Positions 1 through 12,800 of a stretch of DNA of 64,000 nt are shown here, piece by piece. The number at the start of each line of letters is the position of its first letter. Within the stretch, counting starts at the first letter, position 1. Both the position numbers and the translations under genes were made by a program. The stretch is from Vicugna vicugna (Eukaryota). The notes below the pieces were generated by a model. It did not search any database. It was not told where the DNA came from and saw only the letters and a program-made list of their open reading frames with translations. The stretch spans positions 3,953,239-4,017,238 of the forward strand of contig MU058384.1 in assembly GCA_013265495.1 (NCBI GenBank), read 5' to 3'.

Positions 1-326
1 AAATTGACATAAAAGAACAGTATTTTTTCAATTTTTGTTAAGCACCACTTACTGAAGTATTTCAAAATGATGCTTATTCAGCCAATCTCTGAGGCTTTAA
101 ATTTAGCCTTAATTATTTTAGTTAAAGATGTATTATAAAATGTAAGTATATATCTTAGTTGAGTTAATATTAAAACACATCTCTACTGCTTGACAAAAGG
201 AAAGAGAAGCTCTGAATAAAGAAATCCTCTGTTTCAGTTTTTTAAATTTATGTTTGTGGTATATGTGTAGAGAAGTATGTATGTTAGTTTAAAATACTCT
301 GGTTTATGATGTAAATATATCAGGGC

Positions 327-346
327 TGTGTGTGTGTGTGTGTGTG
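327..346. repeat. (TG)10 microsatellite
   Basis: Read directly from the sequence. Confidence 0.95.
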
Positions 347-1439
347 TATGTTTAGCCTTAGCTGTTATTCAGTGTAGAAATGAGCGTTAAGACATTCAAA
401 ACAGATCGAGTATATCCAAGCAAATTAACTTTCTAGAGTGGAGGTGTCTAATACTTCTAAAGTTGAGGATTAACTGTAAAAGCAGGTTCTACAGAAGACA
501 GTGTGGTTCATTGCACAGCTCTCTATTAGTCTGACTTAATATAAGAATAGATTTTAGATTACGTACAAGAATTAGTCTACTGTATATTGCCCATAAATAT
601 AGTGTCTTGTAACTGAGCTTGTGTTGGCTGCTGAGTGACTGAGTACGAGATCTACTCCTTGGCAGGTTTCTGGATTTCAGTCTGTGTTGTCAGTTAATAG
701 TGGAATCACATGAGTTAACTAGCAGTTGACCTTGGGGGAGGGTTCATCTGATCACATGAAAACTGAGAGACCTAACAAGGATGTAGGCTTGAACAATTAG
801 TCAGCACATCTTACCTGTAGAAAGTACCCATGGGTAGGGCCAAACTTCTTCGAGACTAATTTTATACTGGGTCATTTGCTGAATTTCTATTCATTGAAGT
901 CTCAAAATTGAAGCTTCAAGTAGCAGGACTAATACAAGTTTAGGCTAGAAAATTTTTTTTAGAAATCTTAATGAAGTGTCCATGGAATGCCAAATGCCCT
1001 GAGCTTTAACCCTTGAGCTTTATTTTTCTTTCTGAAAATAATTAGATAGTTGAAGGCCATTGTTTAAATCTATTATTATATCATGTGGTAGGGGTCGTGT
1101 TTGTATAAAAAGGAATATTTGCCTTTCTGTTCTTTGACGGGCTTAATAACTTATCCAAAAATGGTATCAAATTTTTAAGGAATATGTATTAAAACAGTGC
1201 AGTTCTGTACCACTGAAAATTAAGTAATGCATAAAGAGATGCTTCCTATTGACATTGACTCTGCCATACAAACCCTGAATAAGTATCAGTAGCTTGTGTT
1301 GAGTGTATATAATTTAGCTTATAACAAATGCCAGTCCATGGATTCAAAGGATAAATACAGGTCCTAAAATGATTCAAACTTTATTGCTTCTGGAAGATCT
1401 CACCATAAAGCAGTAAAGAACTTAAAGTAACATAAAGTA

Positions 1440-1625
1440 CAGTGGTTCTCAGCTTTGGTTTACATCCATTTCAACCATGATGCTTGTTAAAAGTGAAGAT
1501 TCCCAGGCCCTACCCCTACAGCTTCAAGTTCTATAGGTCTAAGGTGGGGCATAAAAATCTGCATTTTTAACAAATAACCAGATGTTTCTGATGGAGGTTC
1601 ATGGGCCATACTCTAAGAAACATTG
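1440..1625. mobile_element. MER5-like hAT-Charlie MITE
   Basis: Starts cagtggttctc, ends gaaacattg; internal ggtggggc...atctgcatttttaacaa typical of MER5A. Confidence 0.75.
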
Positions 1626-1989
1626 GTTGGCCTTCAGACACTTTTGCTGGCATGAAGCATAGAAGAAATTTGAAAAATTACATGCCACTTTATAGATTTA
1701 CAAATTGAAATCCAAAATTATTTATTTTAAAATAGTTTAAATCGTTTCAAAGGATCTAATTTTAGAAAGTTGCATAGTTTATGCATGCTTTAAATACATC
1801 TTTATCAAAAGTTGGAAGCTACAGATTTAGCTCATTTATTTTATCAAAAAAATCTTGATTGCACAATTAGCCATATCCTACTTGTTATAAAAGGTCTGAC
1901 TTCATTTTTCAGTTCAAATAAGTATATTTTGTGCCTTATGACAAATAACACATTAATATAGATGGACAGGCAAAGCAAACCTTTTTACT

Positions 1990-2568
1990 TGTGTAGTGAT
2001 AGAAAATTTTTTCCTCTACCCTTTTAGGTACTTTAACTAAGGCCTGCAAATTAAACTATCAAAAGACAGTTTAACAGGATAAAAGGCATATGTTTCTTTG
2101 TATTTTTACATACATGAGGGCTTCACAAAAATTTTGTAAAAATCCAAAGAAATGTTTAAACGCAGGGACTTATATCCCATTTTAACAAGGGGTGGTAATT
2201 TGTAAAGAAGTGACTAGACAAAGGAAAGAGGTTTCAGGCTTTTGGGGCTATAAATTATGGCAGGATAGGGGGTACATATATGGGAGAAACTATTGGTAGA
2301 TAAGGGTTATTTAGGAAGGTTTGTCGTGCAGACTCAGGTTGTCTCTGGTGGTAAGTCACTCTCCTGTTCCTGGGATGGGAAAGGAGAGCAACTTTACAAA
2401 TGAAAATTTGTCACTTTCACAAAGGAAAATGTATGCCCTGCTTTTAGGCATAAATTTAGGGAAGGACAGAGAGCTCCCTGTATTGGGTGTTTCTCATTTG
2501 CCTTCAGCTCAAAATCATCAGTAGGCCAAAGTGGCATATGTGGGGGTGGCATGTCCTGATCCCCTTGA
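1990..2568 (-). mobile_element. Solo ERV1-class LTR (MER34/MER39-like)
   Basis: Terminal ggggtggcatgtcctgatccccttga resembles the reverse complement of the tgaaggagatcagaatatgccacccc LTR start; about 580 bp; boundaries approximate. Confidence 0.6.
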
Positions 2569-2842
2569 CTCGCATAGAGCAGGCTCTGCTCCCATAATAT
2601 TTCTTGCCTTGTTTGCAGTGGCTCCTCTTCAGGAGCTGTGCATTTGTTCCTTGTTCCTTGGTGGCACTTGGAGTTTTTACACCATGAACCACGAAGCACA
2701 TGACATTCAGGATGCATAAATGGTTTGCTTTTCTTATGATAGTGGGAGAAGGATAATGTGAAAAGCCAGGTGAAAAAGACTTTAGGAAAGAAACTGAAAA
2801 CTGAGTCCCTTAAAATCCTCCATGTACATGTGCTCCCTTAAG

Positions 2843-3285
2843 CAAGGGCTTTTTAACCTGGAGGTTATGAATTTGGATGAGGAAAATAATTGCATCTTTT
2901 ATTTCCAGTAACCTCTTCTGGAAATTGAACATTCCCTTTAGTTGTGAATCTGAGCAAAAACCTACTGTAGCAGTAACATTAACAGGAGTCAGATATTTTC
3001 ATATCACATTACAGTTGTTTCAGAACAAAACTGTGTCCTCAAAAGGCAGTTTAAACAAATAACTGCTTTGAAATCAACATTTATGAGACATGCCTCAAGG
3101 TTGTGTTATTTAATGGGTTAATAAAGTAGTATATATATTTCTGTAGTACAAACATTTTAATATCTTGATAAGCTTTTAAATACAATTTAAATATGCATTT
3201 TTAATAATGCTATGTATTTTGGTTTGTGCATGTCTAGCCTGACCTTTACCAAAGAAGTCCAGAGCAGAAAAAAAGGTTAAAAAAT
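2843..3285. mobile_element. Charlie4-like hAT DNA transposon relic
   Basis: Ends caagggctttttaacctgg and aaaaaggttaaaaa; internal agatattttcatatcacattacagttgtt. Confidence 0.7.
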
Positions 3286-5274
3286 AAAGGTTAAAATCTT
3301 TTTGTGGAAAGCCTTCAGGTATCCTTAGGGGCATGCACACTCCAGATTGAAGCCAGGGGAAGCCTGGAGCCCATGGACTCCTCTTAAACTGTTCCTCCAG
3401 GAAACTCAGATTTGCCTTTTTTGCCAAGGAATGAAAAATCACTTGAGTCTATGGGAGAGGAATCCTAGTTTAAATTCCATAATCCATTTGTTCTAAATCA
3501 GAGATGTACAACCAACTCCTCTAGAGAGCTATTTAAAATTGCACAGCTAATTAAGCCTTGTGCCTCAGGACTGCAGTTCAGCTGGTCTGGGTGAGACCTG
3601 AACATCTTTGTGTTAAAGGCCCATTGGTGGTTTTCATACAAACCCTCAAATGGGAAGGACTTTGTCAGTTTGTTCTGTAAGAACTATTTTATGTATCACA
3701 TTTTTAAAGATTTGTTTGATTAAAAAATTCATGTCAAGAAATGAGGAAGATTTACTCTATAGTTTGGAACTCATAACTGCTTAAAACACCTTTTGCTGCG
3801 GCAGGAGGTAGGTGAGTGCTTGACCATCAGTCCCCGGGGGCCATGAAACTTTCTGAAGTTGCATGTACAGTTTTTCAGGGTAAGGAGCCAGTGGCTTTCC
3901 TGAGATTTACAAGAATATTCATGATCTAAATAAGGGGGTGGAGGAGGCAAGAAATAGCTTCCTATGTACTGAAGTAGTGAAATTTAATCATGAAATGACA
4001 AAAAGACAAAAATGATTAGACCTACTTAAGGAAAGTTATGAAATACCATTAATTCTGTTTGAAAAGCACTGAACTCTATTTAATTTTATCAGTATTTTTG
4101 CATTAATTCCTGGAATCAAAATACTTCTTGTTTTTTGCAACACAAGCACAGCAATATAGGGTGGCAAATAAGTGGTTTTGATCTTATACGTGAGAAACAA
4201 AAGATAAAATACTAAAATTTATCAAGTACTTACTGTGCTTAAAAATCCGAAAGCAAAATGATCTTTAAAATAAGACTTAGATTTTTTTAAGATAAAATAA
4301 TTTTATTTTAATCTGGGCTTTCCTTCTAGTAGGCTTTGACAGTTTGTGTCCTTGGACCTGCATTCTAAAATTATGAAGCAGTAAAAATGTGACGTGAAAT
4401 GTATAGTTTCCTCCTTGCAACAAGTGAAAAAATTTTCTATCTTTTAAGAAAAATATTTTAAAGGAATAAAGGGAAGATGCAATCTTTCATTTATAAAAGA
4501 AGCTGACACACTTTCAAGTAGGCATGATTGAAGGTTGATGCATATCTTCTGCCTTTTTCCCTGAGATAGGTCAGTTACTTCCTGCTTTTGGTTATCTTGC
4601 TTTCTCCCTGACCAGAAATGCCCCCCCACCTACATACCTACTCAGGCTTTAGTGTTCTCTGCTCCGGGAAGCCTCCCTTAGCAGAATCTTGTACCGTGGT
4701 ACTTACCGCATTATGTTTTGTCTATTTCAGTCTCTCTTGAGAGACTTTAACCTCGCTACCATTATCTTTGTGTTATGCCTGGAACAGTGCCTGCTTGTTA
4801 AATATTTTGCTGAGTAATTACATATATAAAACCACCCAACACAGGCCTCTCACCCCTTATTCATTGTACTTCTCTGTGATTCTCTATGCGGATCGTGCTT
4901 TGACCTTCAAGCTCCTGCTCTAGCCAACCAAGCTAACCTGCCCAGCCTAGCCAGCAGCCCATTGTAATAAACTGAGTTTAAACTGAATCTAACAATATCA
5001 GACTGGCCATCAGCCCAAGATTACCCTTCACGGCAGGAGCGAGACCAGGCATGAAGGTGACGACTAAGCCAGCCACTCCCTATTTACGTCTATCTGTCAG
5101 CTTCAGACTCTCAAACTTCTCGTTTTGTTATTGTCTTACCAAGATTTCCTTTCTTTCAGACCTATACTATCTTTTAAAAAAAAAAAAGGTGACTTATGTC
5201 TACTCAATTATTAATATAATCCTAGCTTAATTCTGAGCTAGAAACTTGTGATTTCTTATGACAGCCCAGTAGTG

Positions 5275-5397
5275 GGAACCACATCTATGGATTCAACCGA
5301 CCACGGACCATGTAGTACTGTAGGATGTGCCACTGAAAAAAATCTACGTGTAAGTGGGCTCACCCAGTTCAAGCCCATGTTGTTCAAGGGGCAGCTA
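5275..5397. mobile_element. Tigger2/MER8-family terminal fragment
   Basis: gtaagtgggctcacccagttcaagcccatgttgttcaaggggcagct matches the end of the element at 54453-54659. Confidence 0.75.
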
Positions 5398-6718
5398 GAT
5401 AGAGAGCCTGAAAGCAGTTGCATTTCATTTTGAAAAGTGAAAAAAAGAGAGAGAGAGAGAGCAATAAACTTGTTACTTTTATTCCTCGAAAATCGAAACT
5501 GCATGGGTCTGAGGCTCCTGGGTGCATCCTGAGGCTTGTATGCATCGTGCACAGGGTTTTAGGTGTTAACTCATCAACAGCACAGTTGAACATAGAAGTA
5601 ATGTCTCACTTTGACTAAATACAAATTAGTACAATTTAAGACTGAGCTGCATGTGTCAACTGTACTCAGTAGCCTGAGTTTTGACAGAAAAGGTGATTGA
5701 AACATTTGTCTTATATCTACTGTCAGTTTGCGATGAGAGTTATTTATTGTTCTCTCCATTTTATACAGTTTACTTAAGCTAGGGAAAGGGAAAGCGAGAG
5801 CTTCGAAAGAGAAAGAAGAATAGGATTTCATCCCATGTGGATTTTCTGTAATTTCGCTGAAGATCTTGTTTCCATTTCTCTAGTCTTGGAGACTGTTTTT
5901 CTGTAAAACTAATGGTGGCTTTATTATGAATTCATTAGTATTATGAAAACACTGGGAAATAGTAAAACTACTGTGACTTCATGTGTACTTGCCCATGCAT
6001 GGCTGAACTTTCACAAAGCAAATATGCCAGTTCTCCGTAGGGTCAGGACAGGTCAGCAGAGGCACGAGGCCTCTCGTTGCTTTTTCTCATCAGAGAAAAA
6101 TAAAAGAAAAAGCCACTGCACAACATTGTAAAATGACTATAACTCAATTTAAAAAATGTTTAAAAAAGAAAAAGAAAAAGCCACTGGTCTCCTCTCACGC
6201 CCCAGGAACAGATCCAAATTATTCTCCAGGTCATCTAGTAGGTGAGTGTGTCTAACCCGTTTTTTCAAAAATCAGCATGGTAAATGAAAACTACACAGAT
6301 TCTGGAGGCAAACCAAGGCAGATCCATACCCCATTCTGAACGTGTATTCTCTGCCTCTGTGTTTTCAATGTAACGTGCCTACAGGAATTAGATGTGATGG
6401 AGGTAGGAGCTAGCACAGTGCTCACTATATTGGATAGGACTTGATAGAACACTCTCATAGTTGTTGCTTTTATTATTGTAACTAATATATTTTCTTTCTC
6501 TATAGTGATTCTGTTGTCTTAAATAACTTTTTAAAGCTTGAATTTTCTAATGAGCACTCTGTGTTTCTCCTGTTTTACAGTCTTAGTTGAATGTTTTCAG
6601 TGGTTTCCATTTTTTTTTTCTCTTCTCAGTTTGCCTCAGGCCACTTTTCCTTCCTTTTGTAGTTAATCTGATAGCAGATAAGAGAGAGCCGACTCAAAGT
6701 CTGCTGAATTGGATACTT

Positions 6719-6853
6719 ATATTTTTGGGGGTAGGGATGGGGGTTAATTAGGTTTACTTATTTGTTTTATTTTTAGAGGAGGTGCTGGGGATTGAACTCA
6801 GGACCTTGTGTATGCGAGGCATGTGCTTTACCACTTGGGCTATATCCTCCCCC
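6719..6853 (-). mobile_element. Camelid tRNA-derived SINE (Vic-1-like)
   Basis: Reverse complement GGGGAGGATATAGCCCAAGTGGTAAAGCAC...GAGTTCAATCCCCAG carries Pol III A/B boxes and an A-rich tail; TSD-like ctgaattgga at 6704 and 6854. Confidence 0.85.
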
Positions 6854-7221
6854 CTGAATTGGACATTTCTAATTAAAATTTAGAGCATGGTTTCAAGTAA
6901 TCTAAAAAGGTTTATAATTACATAAAACCAAAATATGAATATAGTCAACATTTTGAACATTGCATAGTAGCATAGTATTAAGATTGTTTCTCTGGCTTTG
7001 ATATTCAGCCTAAACTTTTTGTTTTAGCCGAGTTTTGTAAGAGGGCTAAGTTTTTTTTTTTTCCCTAGTGAAATAAGAATCAATAAACTTTTAAAACTGG
7101 TTCAGAATAATTTCCAGATCAATGGAAATGAAAATGTGTTGCCAGCAGACGTTTCATTGTAGTTTCTTATGAAATGACTGCAAATTCTCTTTCCCTAAAA
7201 AATTAGATGAAACCATCATTC

Positions 7222-8932
7222 TTTGATTACAGTGTGTCTTGCTGTGTTCCTCTTTGGGTTAATCCTGTATGGGACTTTCCTGGGCTCTCCGGGGTGCTTC
7301 CTGGGTTTGGATGACTGTTTCCTTTCTCGGGTTAGGGAAGTTTTCAGTTATTATCTCTTCAAATATTTTCTCAGGCCCTTTCTCTATTTATTTCCCTCCT
7401 GGGACCTCTGTAATGTGAATATTAGTGTGTTTGATGTTGTCCCAGAGGTCTCTTAAACTGTCCTCATTTCTTTTCATTCTTTTTTATTTTTTTTGTGTTC
7501 AGTGGTAGTGATTTCTACTACTCTGCCCTCCAGCTCACTGATCTGTTCTTTTGCCTCATTTATTCTGCTATTGACTCCTTTTAGTATATTTTTCATTTTA
7601 GTTATTGTATTCAACTCTGTTCTTTATATTTTCTAATTCTTTGTTAAAAACTTCTAGCTTCTTGTTCTTTGCATCCATTCTCCTCCCGAGTTCTTTGATC
7701 ATCTTTATGATCATTACTCTGAACTCTTCCCTGGGTAGATTTCCTATCTCCACGTCACTTAGTTCTTCCGGGGTTTTATGTTGTTCCTTCATCTGGAACA
7801 CATTCCTCTGTGGCCTCATTTTATCTAAGTTGCTATTTGTATTTTTATGTCTGTGGTTGGTTAGTTATGTTTTTTGACCTTGGAGAAGTGGCCTTCTGTA
7901 GGAGACATCCTATGCATCCCAGCAGTGCCCTCCCGTCTTGCCACCCAAGGGCCAGCGGTCAGCTGGTCCCAGGGTAGGGTCTAGCCTGCGTCTGCAGGCT
8001 CGTTCTACACAATGCAGGATCATAGTTTTCTTGCTTCAAGTGTCTTCCCCCTGGTGGTGAGGTTGGTACAAGCTTCCTGGTGGGAGGGGCCAGTGCTGCC
8101 CACTGGAGGGTGGTGCTGGGTCTTGGCCCTCTGGTAAACAGGGTCATGTCTAGGGGCATGTCTAAAAATGGCTATGGGCTCAGGAAGTCTTTGGGCAGCC
8201 TGCCTACTGATGGATGGGTCTGTGTCCTTGCCCAGTTAGTTGTTGGTTTGAGGTGTCCCAGCACTGGAGACTACAAGCTGTTGGGTGGGGCCAGGTCTTG
8301 GTGCTTATGACCCAAGATGTCAGCTGCCAGGAGAGCTCATGCAGATGAATACTCCCTGATATGTCCACTGCCAATCTCTATGTCTCCAGGGTGACCACAG
8401 CTGCCCCCTGCCTCCCTAGGAGACCGTCTAAGACCAACAGATAGGTCTGGCCCAGGCTCTAATCAGATTACTGCTTTTGCCATTGGTCCTGGTGTGCTTG
8501 AAATTTTGTGTATGACTTTTAAGGGTGAGGTCTCTATTTCGCCCAACCCTGTGGAGCTCCTGCAGTCCAGCCCTGCTGGCCTTCAAAGCCAAATGCTCTG
8601 GGGGCTCTTCTTCCCAGGTCTGGACCTCCCCGGGCTGGGGAGCTTGACATGAAGCTCAGAATGCTCACTCCTGTGGGAGACCCTCTGCAATATAGTTACT
8701 CTCCGGTTTGTGGGTCCCTCATGGGAGGGGAGAGGACGGAATTTGATTATATCACAAGTCAGCCCCTCCTACTCATCTCGTGTGGTTCCTTCTCTATGTC
8801 TTTAGCTGTGGAAGATCTCTTCTGGTAGGTTGCAGCCTTTTTCATTGTTGTTCTGCAGTTGGTTGTGATTTGGGTGTGCTGGTGAGAGGAGGTGAGCTTA
8901 GGGTCTTTCTACTCTGCTTTCTTGGCCACGCT
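7222..8932 (-). mobile_element. L1 5'UTR plus N-terminal ORF1 (3'-truncated, decayed)
   Basis: ORF 7598-7819 RNVFQMKEQHKTPEELSDVEIGNLPREEFRVMIIKMIKELGRRMD resembles an artiodactyl L1 ORF1p N-terminus; L1-like start ccaagaaagcagagtagaaagaccctaagctcacctcctc near 8930. Confidence 0.85.
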
Positions 8933-11900
8933 TTCAGAAATGGTCATTCTTATACGCAAGTTTAGCTAAGTGACCTCAGGTTGATGTAAGTCAGACCAGT
9001 TTTGGTGTTTGTATAACCCCAGCAGAGGCAGTACCTGTATTGACTGCTATAGGTAGCAGTGAGTTTCAGGGAACCGCTCACAGAGATGGTGCTGGCTCTA
9101 CTCCAGGGTACAGTGATATGTCTGCTAACTATATTCTTAGGAACAAAGCTATTTGGCTTCTTTGCATCTCTGTGGAGTGAGCCAAGGGCTCTGGGGAGGG
9201 AGGTAGGGAAGTCCCTCCTCTGTCAGCACTGTGTGAGTGCAGAGATGCTCTCTCTGGTAGAGGTCTCTTGTGAGTGGGACCCAGGCCTTGTCCAGTTCCA
9301 TTACCAAGGAGTCTGAGGGGGCTAGTTGGGCTCTCATCATGGGACATCTCACACTGACTAGAAGCAGCAACACCTCCAACACAGACCAGACAGCCTGGGA
9401 GTCGGTCAGTGGAGGGAGGAAGGAAGGGGCAAGGAGGCAGTTCTTTGCTGAAACTGAAGATGATAGAATGTACCTTGTGAGGTATTTGTGCTGTAGGCAG
9501 TGTTTCTGATAATGATGCATGTCATTGTAAGACATTTTTCTTTGTTATAGAGATGTTGCTCTACCAGATATACAAGTAAAATTTCAGGTAGCCAAGAGGT
9601 CTCAGAAGTTCACCCTTTTAACCTGTTTAACCCACCTAGTCTAGCCCAGCACAGTGTGAGTACACTTGGAGGGTTTTAAAAATCAGCCTTGATGATGAAG
9701 ATGAGACATAATGATGTCATTTGTACTTATTCCTGTCTCCGTGTATGGTGGGTTTATTATACCATCATGTCATCAATGCTCATATTGCTGAGGCTGATTT
9801 ATTATTAAAGATGATATTAATACAGCAAAAATTGTGTATAACTGGTTATTCAGCACAAAAACTTAATCATTTTGATGTGATCACACATTAATTTGATCAT
9901 TCTGAAGGCCAAGTTCCACATATGACTTTAATGTGATTCTTTTTTTTTTCAAATTAAGAGGCTCTAAAATCAGTCTGGCGAGTTAGAGAAGGTAAATGTC
10001 TCCTTGTGTGAAGTTCAGCTCTCCCTGAGATGGGTGTCAGCTGGCCTCTCACCGTCCCCATTCCTGCTCTGAGGTGAAGCAAATGCTTGTCCAGGATGTT
10101 TTCAGATAATGAAAAAGGCTTTTCATCTTTTAGACGTAAGAAAAATGGAGTTTTTGTCGGGCATCAGTAGTCACCGTAATTTTGCTACTGAATATTTGTT
10201 TACCAGGTCAAGTTTAGGCTGCCTGCCAGAAAATCTTGCCTACAGTAACCTGATTAGCATATCCAGAAGCACTAAATTGAGGAACAGATGAATGACTATT
10301 TCTAAGACATTTAAAAAATCGAAATGGCTAATTATGAGCAAACTTCCTTTCTCAACTAGTTCTAAAATATGATCATCTATGACCCTTACCTTATACATAT
10401 TTGGTAAACTTTTGTAGCGTTTAGAAAAAAATAGCCATTCCTGATGGTTTTGTTCCGGAAGTTCATTTATGAATTGGCTGTTTGAAAGCTGGAACACACT
10501 CTCATTATAAAAATATTGCATGTGCAACTGATAACCCACAAAAGCTTAATTAACCTATTATGTAGTAATGTTACCATAGAATCTTTATGAAAAAAATACT
10601 TAGAATTAAACATTCAACACTTTGTAAACATCTGTCCTAACAGCACAGTGATTTACCCTTCAATTGCTCGTACTCTGAAAGCTGATTCTCTGTCTCCCCG
10701 CCCCTTCTCCCGTCCCTGTCCTCACCCAGCTGTAATGTTCTCCTTCCTTCGAGTACATGAAGACCAAACACAGTATCACAGCCTCTCCCTACCTCACTGT
10801 TCACGGAAAGCACATACCCTTTTGAAAATTTTCCGAGGTCTTTCACTGCTCTGACACAGGAGGTAGAAGAACAGAAATGTTTGAAGAAGCCTTGGGCTTG
10901 TGCTTCGTTTGTAAACTACACGGAACCCACATTGCTCTGTCATTCCTAGATCATTGCTGGTACATCTTGGGAAGGTGGCAAGTTGGAGGGACACTCAGGG
11001 ACTGCACTGAGATTCACTCATGTCTCATTAGAAAGCTCAGATAGTTCTTTAAATAAGTTTCCTTTCTGACAGTGATTCTGCTGGGATTTTGAAAGCACAG
11101 CTGATTGTCCAGAAGCAGGTTCTTGGATAAAGAGGGTGGGAAGACAGTCAAGGCCAGTGGCTTAGGGACCAGTGACGAGACCAGTGTTCCCTGGAATGGA
11201 AGGAGAGCGGCTTGGCTAACAGCAGCTCCATTCCTCCCCACCTCCACTTAGTAACGTTGAGTTTTTTCCCTTTCTTCTAGGAGGAGCTATCTGTACAGGT
11301 TAACCCTCCCAATCTCCCTCACCCTCCTCCTAGTTTCTCCAAATGCTGTAGCTACCAACTCCCAAACAGAGGTTGTCAAGTAAGAAATGGCCTCATAAAC
11401 CACATTCCCAAAACACTTAGAAGAAAGGAGGCAGTTTATCAGCTTAATTTTGGCTTAGCTATTCGTGACCCTAAAAGAGCTTCAAGATTAGGCAGATTTA
11501 GAATTTGTAATTGGATTCTCTTGTTTGAAGTGGATGTAGCCTACTTCAAATGAATATACATACTGGAAAATAAGCATATACATTGGCGCCTGTAAACCAA
11601 ATAGCCATCCGTGTTCCATCCTGTAAAGAGCCTTTCTGTCTGGCCTGATACCGTTCGCCAGGTTGCAACACCTGCCACACAGTCGTCTTTGTGCTTTTGA
11701 GAGCCGGCAGATCTCTGTGAAACTGCTTGCTTGTTTTTCAGACTGGGATCCTTTCCTTTAGTTCCTCATTTGTTCTACATCGAGATATTCAGTTAGGTCC
11801 CAAAATTCGAGATCCTCTATTTGGGGATGTTTCGATTGTGGCAAATTAAAGACATTGAACAAATCAAAGGCCATGTTTAGTAGAAAGATAATAAAGCCAG

Positions 11901-12149
11901 CAGAACACCATGTTTTAAATCTCACTTCTTTCCTGCGGAAGGTTGGAGGGATGCTTTGTAATTTAAATTCCTTTTTCTGGCCTGACACTGAGTCTCTGGG
12001 CCTACCAAAGTCTTGGCTTAGTCACATTTCTTTGCAGTCCAGGATGATAGTCTTAATTATTTAATAGATTTGACTGTGTTTTCAGACCACAAGCCTTGAA
12101 AGTCACTAGCAATGTGAGTTCTCAGGCAGCGCCTGTGCAGAGCTCCCAG

Positions 12150-12800
12150 GGTGGGAGTCAGCGCTGTCATCACAGGCGCCATCGGCCTTCTTCCCCACTT
12201 TGTCACCACCAGCTGATAGTCGGAGGAGGAAGGAACAGCTTCAGCATTCTGCCGTTCTTGGCACTTCCTGGCTTAACAGCATATGATCCCAGCTTTGCAA
12301 TGGACACGAAGGTGGCCAGGAAATATTCTTCTACCTTTTGCTGCACTGCTCCATTTCCTAGGCAGACAAGGTGCCAGAGAAGCAATTCAATTCCAGCCCA
12401 GCCCACAGTGTCTCCAGCAGAGCTGGCAGAAGCCACAGCTTGAACTGATACACATTTGGCTCACAAAACTGAGAGAGGAAGTGTCCGCGTGGAACAAAGC
12501 AAGTTGTTCGGCTTCTGATTCAGTCCTAAAGCTGTGGCTCCTGGCAGATCTCATTCCTGCCTTTGTCTCCCAGAAAGTCATCTTCTTGGAGTTTTCTTAG
12601 TAGTCCTCTTCCTTGGAAGTGGTTGCCTTCTTGGTCGAGTCCAGACTGGCAGAAGCAAAGAGGCCTGAATGGCGGGAGATGAAGATACCAACGCGGGGCA
12701 AGGGACCAGGTGCTGGTGTTGGTGTAGGAAGGCAGATGACACTCAGTCAGGGCTGTGGTGTCACACAGCAAAGAAGACTTCGAGAACTTGAAGTTATAGA
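12150..12800 (-). mobile_element. Ancient LINE AP-endonuclease domain relic (RTE/L4-like)
   Basis: Minus-strand motifs in the expected order across frameshifts: DTTALTE, VGIFIS, KNISWPP..WDHMLLS, SDYQLVV. Confidence 0.5.

Noticed and set aside
10240..10539. 99-aa minus-strand ORF
   Set aside because: No recognisable homology, splice structure or polyA/TSD; consistent with a random ORF.
12280..12310. VHCKAG on the minus strand, resembling a phosphatase active-site motif
   Set aside because: No Arg at the CX5R position and a stop follows shortly; chance match.
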